Below the pieces are notes generated by a model. The model searched no databases and was not told where the DNA came from. It saw nothing but the letters and a program-made list of their open reading frames with translations. Of a stretch of DNA of 17,315 bases, positions 15,763 to 17,315 are shown in pieces. Origin of the DNA: Deltaproteobacteria bacterium. GTDB taxonomy: Bacteria; Desulfobacterota; Binatia; UBA9968. The stretch is from positions 1 through 17,315 of the forward strand of contig JAUYJC010000392.1 in the NCBI GenBank assembly GCA_030688735.1, in the 5' to 3' direction. The translations under genes were made by a program, and so were the position numbers. Each line of letters starts with the position of its first letter. The stretch's first letter is position 1.

Positions 15763-17085
15763 ATGAAATGCAAAAGATTCCTGACTCTGTTGGCGCTTGC
15801 AACCCTCGCTGCCAGCGCGGCGCCGCGATGGGTTCGTGGCGATGGCGATGGGCAAAGGCTTCAACTCGCTCAGATGCAAAGAAACGAAGTCGCCAAAGAG
15901 GCAATCCCGCCGGGGGCCAGCGCGAGATCTCAGGAAGCAAGCACATCCCAAGACGGCAACCCCATTTCAGGCGCCTCCGACAAGGCCCGTTTGACCGGCG
16001 TCCGCTTTCTCTCGTCGCAAACGTACACGCGGGTGATGTTGGATTTGACCCAGGAAGCGCGCTTTGAGACCCGTCGTCTCAAGGAGGATGCGACCAAAGG
16101 ACTGCCGCCGCGAATCTATATCGACATCTTCGGCGCCCGCTTGGCGATGGATTCTAAAGAAGCGATACCAGTGCAGGATGGGCTGCTGCGCCAGGTGCGT
16201 GTGGGGCAGTTTAGCTCTGACGTCGTCCGCGTCGTGCTCGATATGACGAGCCTGCGCAGCCATAATACGTTCTTGTTGCCTGATCCTTTTCGGCTGGTGA
16301 TCGACATCCATGGACAGGAAACTGCCGACCGGTCGGCTGCTGTCGAGAAAAACAATACGCCCACGCCGCCTGTTAAAGGCCCCAAACTTGCCGCCTTGGG
16401 CATTCGCAAAATCGTGCTGGATCCTGGGCATGGAGGCAAGGACCCGGGGGCCATCGGGGTGGGCGGCATTGCGGAAAAGGACATCGTTCTCGCCGTCGCT
16501 CAAAAGCTCGCCAAGAAACTGACTAAGGAGATGGGAATCGAGGTCGTGCTCACGCGCAAGAACGATTCCTTCGTTCGCCTGGAGGACCGAACTGCTATTG
16601 CCAACGCCGAAGACGCCGACCTGTTTTTGTCGCTGCACATGAATGCGAGCACGAGCGGCGACGCCAAGGGGTTGGAAACCTATTATTTGGATAACACCAG
16701 CGACGAGGCCTCGCTTCGTCTGGCGGCGCGGGAGAACGGCACGTCGCGCAAAAACGTCTCGGATCTGCAGTTCATCTTGAGCGACATGACCCAGAACATG
16801 AAACTTGAAGATTCCATCAGCCTAGCCCACCGGCTGCAGGGCTCGCTGGTCGGCAGCATGTCCAAGAAGCTCGGCGGGGTGAAGGACCTGGGAGTGAAGA
16901 AGGCGCTGTTCTACGTTCTGGTTGGGGCGCGCATGCCGAGCGTGCTGGTGGAGATGTTTTTCATTACCAACAAAATCGAGGGCCGGGCGATGAGCCGGGA
17001 AAGTTATCAAAACGCCATCGTCGAGGCGCTCTACGACGGGATTCACAAATACGGCAAAAGCGCGCTGGCGGCGAAGACACTTTGA
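15763..17085 (+). CDS. N-acetylmuramoyl-L-alanine amidase (Amidase_3, AmiC/AmiB-like) with N-terminal AMIN domain and signal peptide
   Basis: A 440-aa ORF. The signal peptide is MKCKRFLTLLALATLAASAAP. The AMIN domain is LTGVRFLSSQTYTRVMLDLTQ...RIYIDIFGARL...VRVGQFSSDVVRVVLDM. The Amidase_3 catalytic core is IVLDPGHGGKDPGAIG...LFLSLHMNAS...GLETYYL...GVKKALFYVLVGARMPSVLVEMFFITN, with the Zn-ligand His/Glu pattern. Confidence 0.9.
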   Translation: MKCKRFLTLLALATLAASAAPRWVRGDGDGQRLQLAQMQRNEVAKEAIPPGASARSQEASTSQDGNPISGASDKARLTGVRFLSSQTYTRVMLDLTQEARFETRRLKEDATKGLPPRIYIDIFGARLAMDSKEAIPVQDGLLRQVRVGQFSSDVVRVVLDMTSLRSHNTFLLPDPFRLVIDIHGQETADRSAAVEKNNTPTPPVKGPKLAALGIRKIVLDPGHGGKDPGAIGVGGIAEKDIVLAVAQKLAKKLTKEMGIEVVLTRKNDSFVRLEDRTAIANAEDADLFLSLHMNASTSGDAKGLETYYLDNTSDEASLRLAARENGTSRKNVSDLQFILSDMTQNMKLEDSISLAHRLQGSLVGSMSKKLGGVKDLGVKKALFYVLVGARMPSVLVEMFFITNKIEGRAMSRESYQNAIVEALYDGIHKYGKSALAAKTL

Positions 17086-17112
17086 CGGAATGCTCAAACG
17101 CTATCAGGTAGT

Positions 17113-17148
17113 CGTTCAAATCGTTCCAAACGTTCAAGCCGTTCAAAC
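17113..17148. repeat. four tandem 9-bp units CGTTCAAAT CGTTCCAAA CGTTCAAGC CGTTCAAAC (the same GTTCAA core as the heptamer arrays), 28 nt 3' of the amidase stop
   Basis: Read directly. It has direct copies only, with no inverted partner inside the window. Confidence 0.7.
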
Positions 17149-17246
17149 CCCCACCTCTTTCCTCCCCCGCGTCGCGCTTATCGTTACCCATAATTCCCCT
17201 TGCTGGGAAAAATGCGAGACGATGAGTTAGCGGGTTGTTGAGCAGA

Positions 17247-17315
17247 ATGAAGATTTTGAACAAGCAAGATACCGGTGACAATATCATGAAGGCGCTGCAA
17301 GCCACGTGCGAGGGT
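17247..17315 (+). CDS. possible 5' end of a following gene (MKILNKQDTGDNIMKALQATCEG...), running off the window
   Basis: An ATG at 17247 opens a frame to the window end. It has no convincing RBS, and the fragment is too short to classify. Confidence 0.15.
   Translation, partial: MKILNKQDTGDNIMKALQATCEG

Overview
This is a 17.3 kb bacterial chromosomal segment of roughly 60-62% GC. The order of elements, 5' to 3', is as follows. (1) The 5' end of a UbiD-family decarboxylase gene lies on the minus strand (1..1314) and runs off the window. (2) A plus-strand operon for aspartate-family metabolism follows a 467-bp divergent intergenic region. It encodes an AlaC-like class I/II aminotransferase, homoserine dehydrogenase, an ApgM-like (COG3635) metalloenzyme, and class II fructose-1,6-bisphosphatase GlpX. 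The ApgM-like protein belongs to a family that I recall has been proposed as a non-canonical homoserine kinase. Its gene is translationally coupled to glpX through a 16-nt overlap. (3) A block from about 6.7 to 12.3 kb has visibly lower GC (40-50% in sampled 60-nt windows) and looks accessory or degraded. It holds a small putative membrane-protein ORF, an orphan NMT1/SsuA-like ABC substrate-binding protein, an IS200/IS605-like (COG1943/RAYT-like) Y1-transposase fragment with a mutated HUH motif, the C-terminal 225 aa of a molybdopterin oxidoreductase cut off at a tandem-repeat array, an SPFH/flotillin-family protein with no N-terminal membrane anchor and an internal 44-aa duplication, and a HigB(Gp49)/HigA(XRE)-type toxin-antitoxin pair. 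(4) The window ends with a MerR-family regulator, a 300-bp AT-rich imperfect palindrome, mutS, and an AMIN-domain N-acetylmuramoyl-L-alanine amidase. The most unusual non-coding features are three arrays of the heptamer GTTCAAG (or the 9-mer CGTTCAAnn). Each array sits immediately 3' of a plus-strand gene (hom, glpX, the amidase), and two of them form long hairpins. A 15-bp inverted repeat also encloses a roughly 110-bp segment in a MITE-like arrangement, and 21-23-bp direct repeats flank a scrambled segment upstream of the flotillin gene. I found no rRNA, tRNA or CRISPR array. Many long ORFs in the supplied track are antisense artefacts of GC-rich genes. Two track start codons look wrong: the MerR gene (TTG at 12336) more plausibly starts at an ATG at 12351, and mutS (TTG at 13139) at an ATG at 13160.
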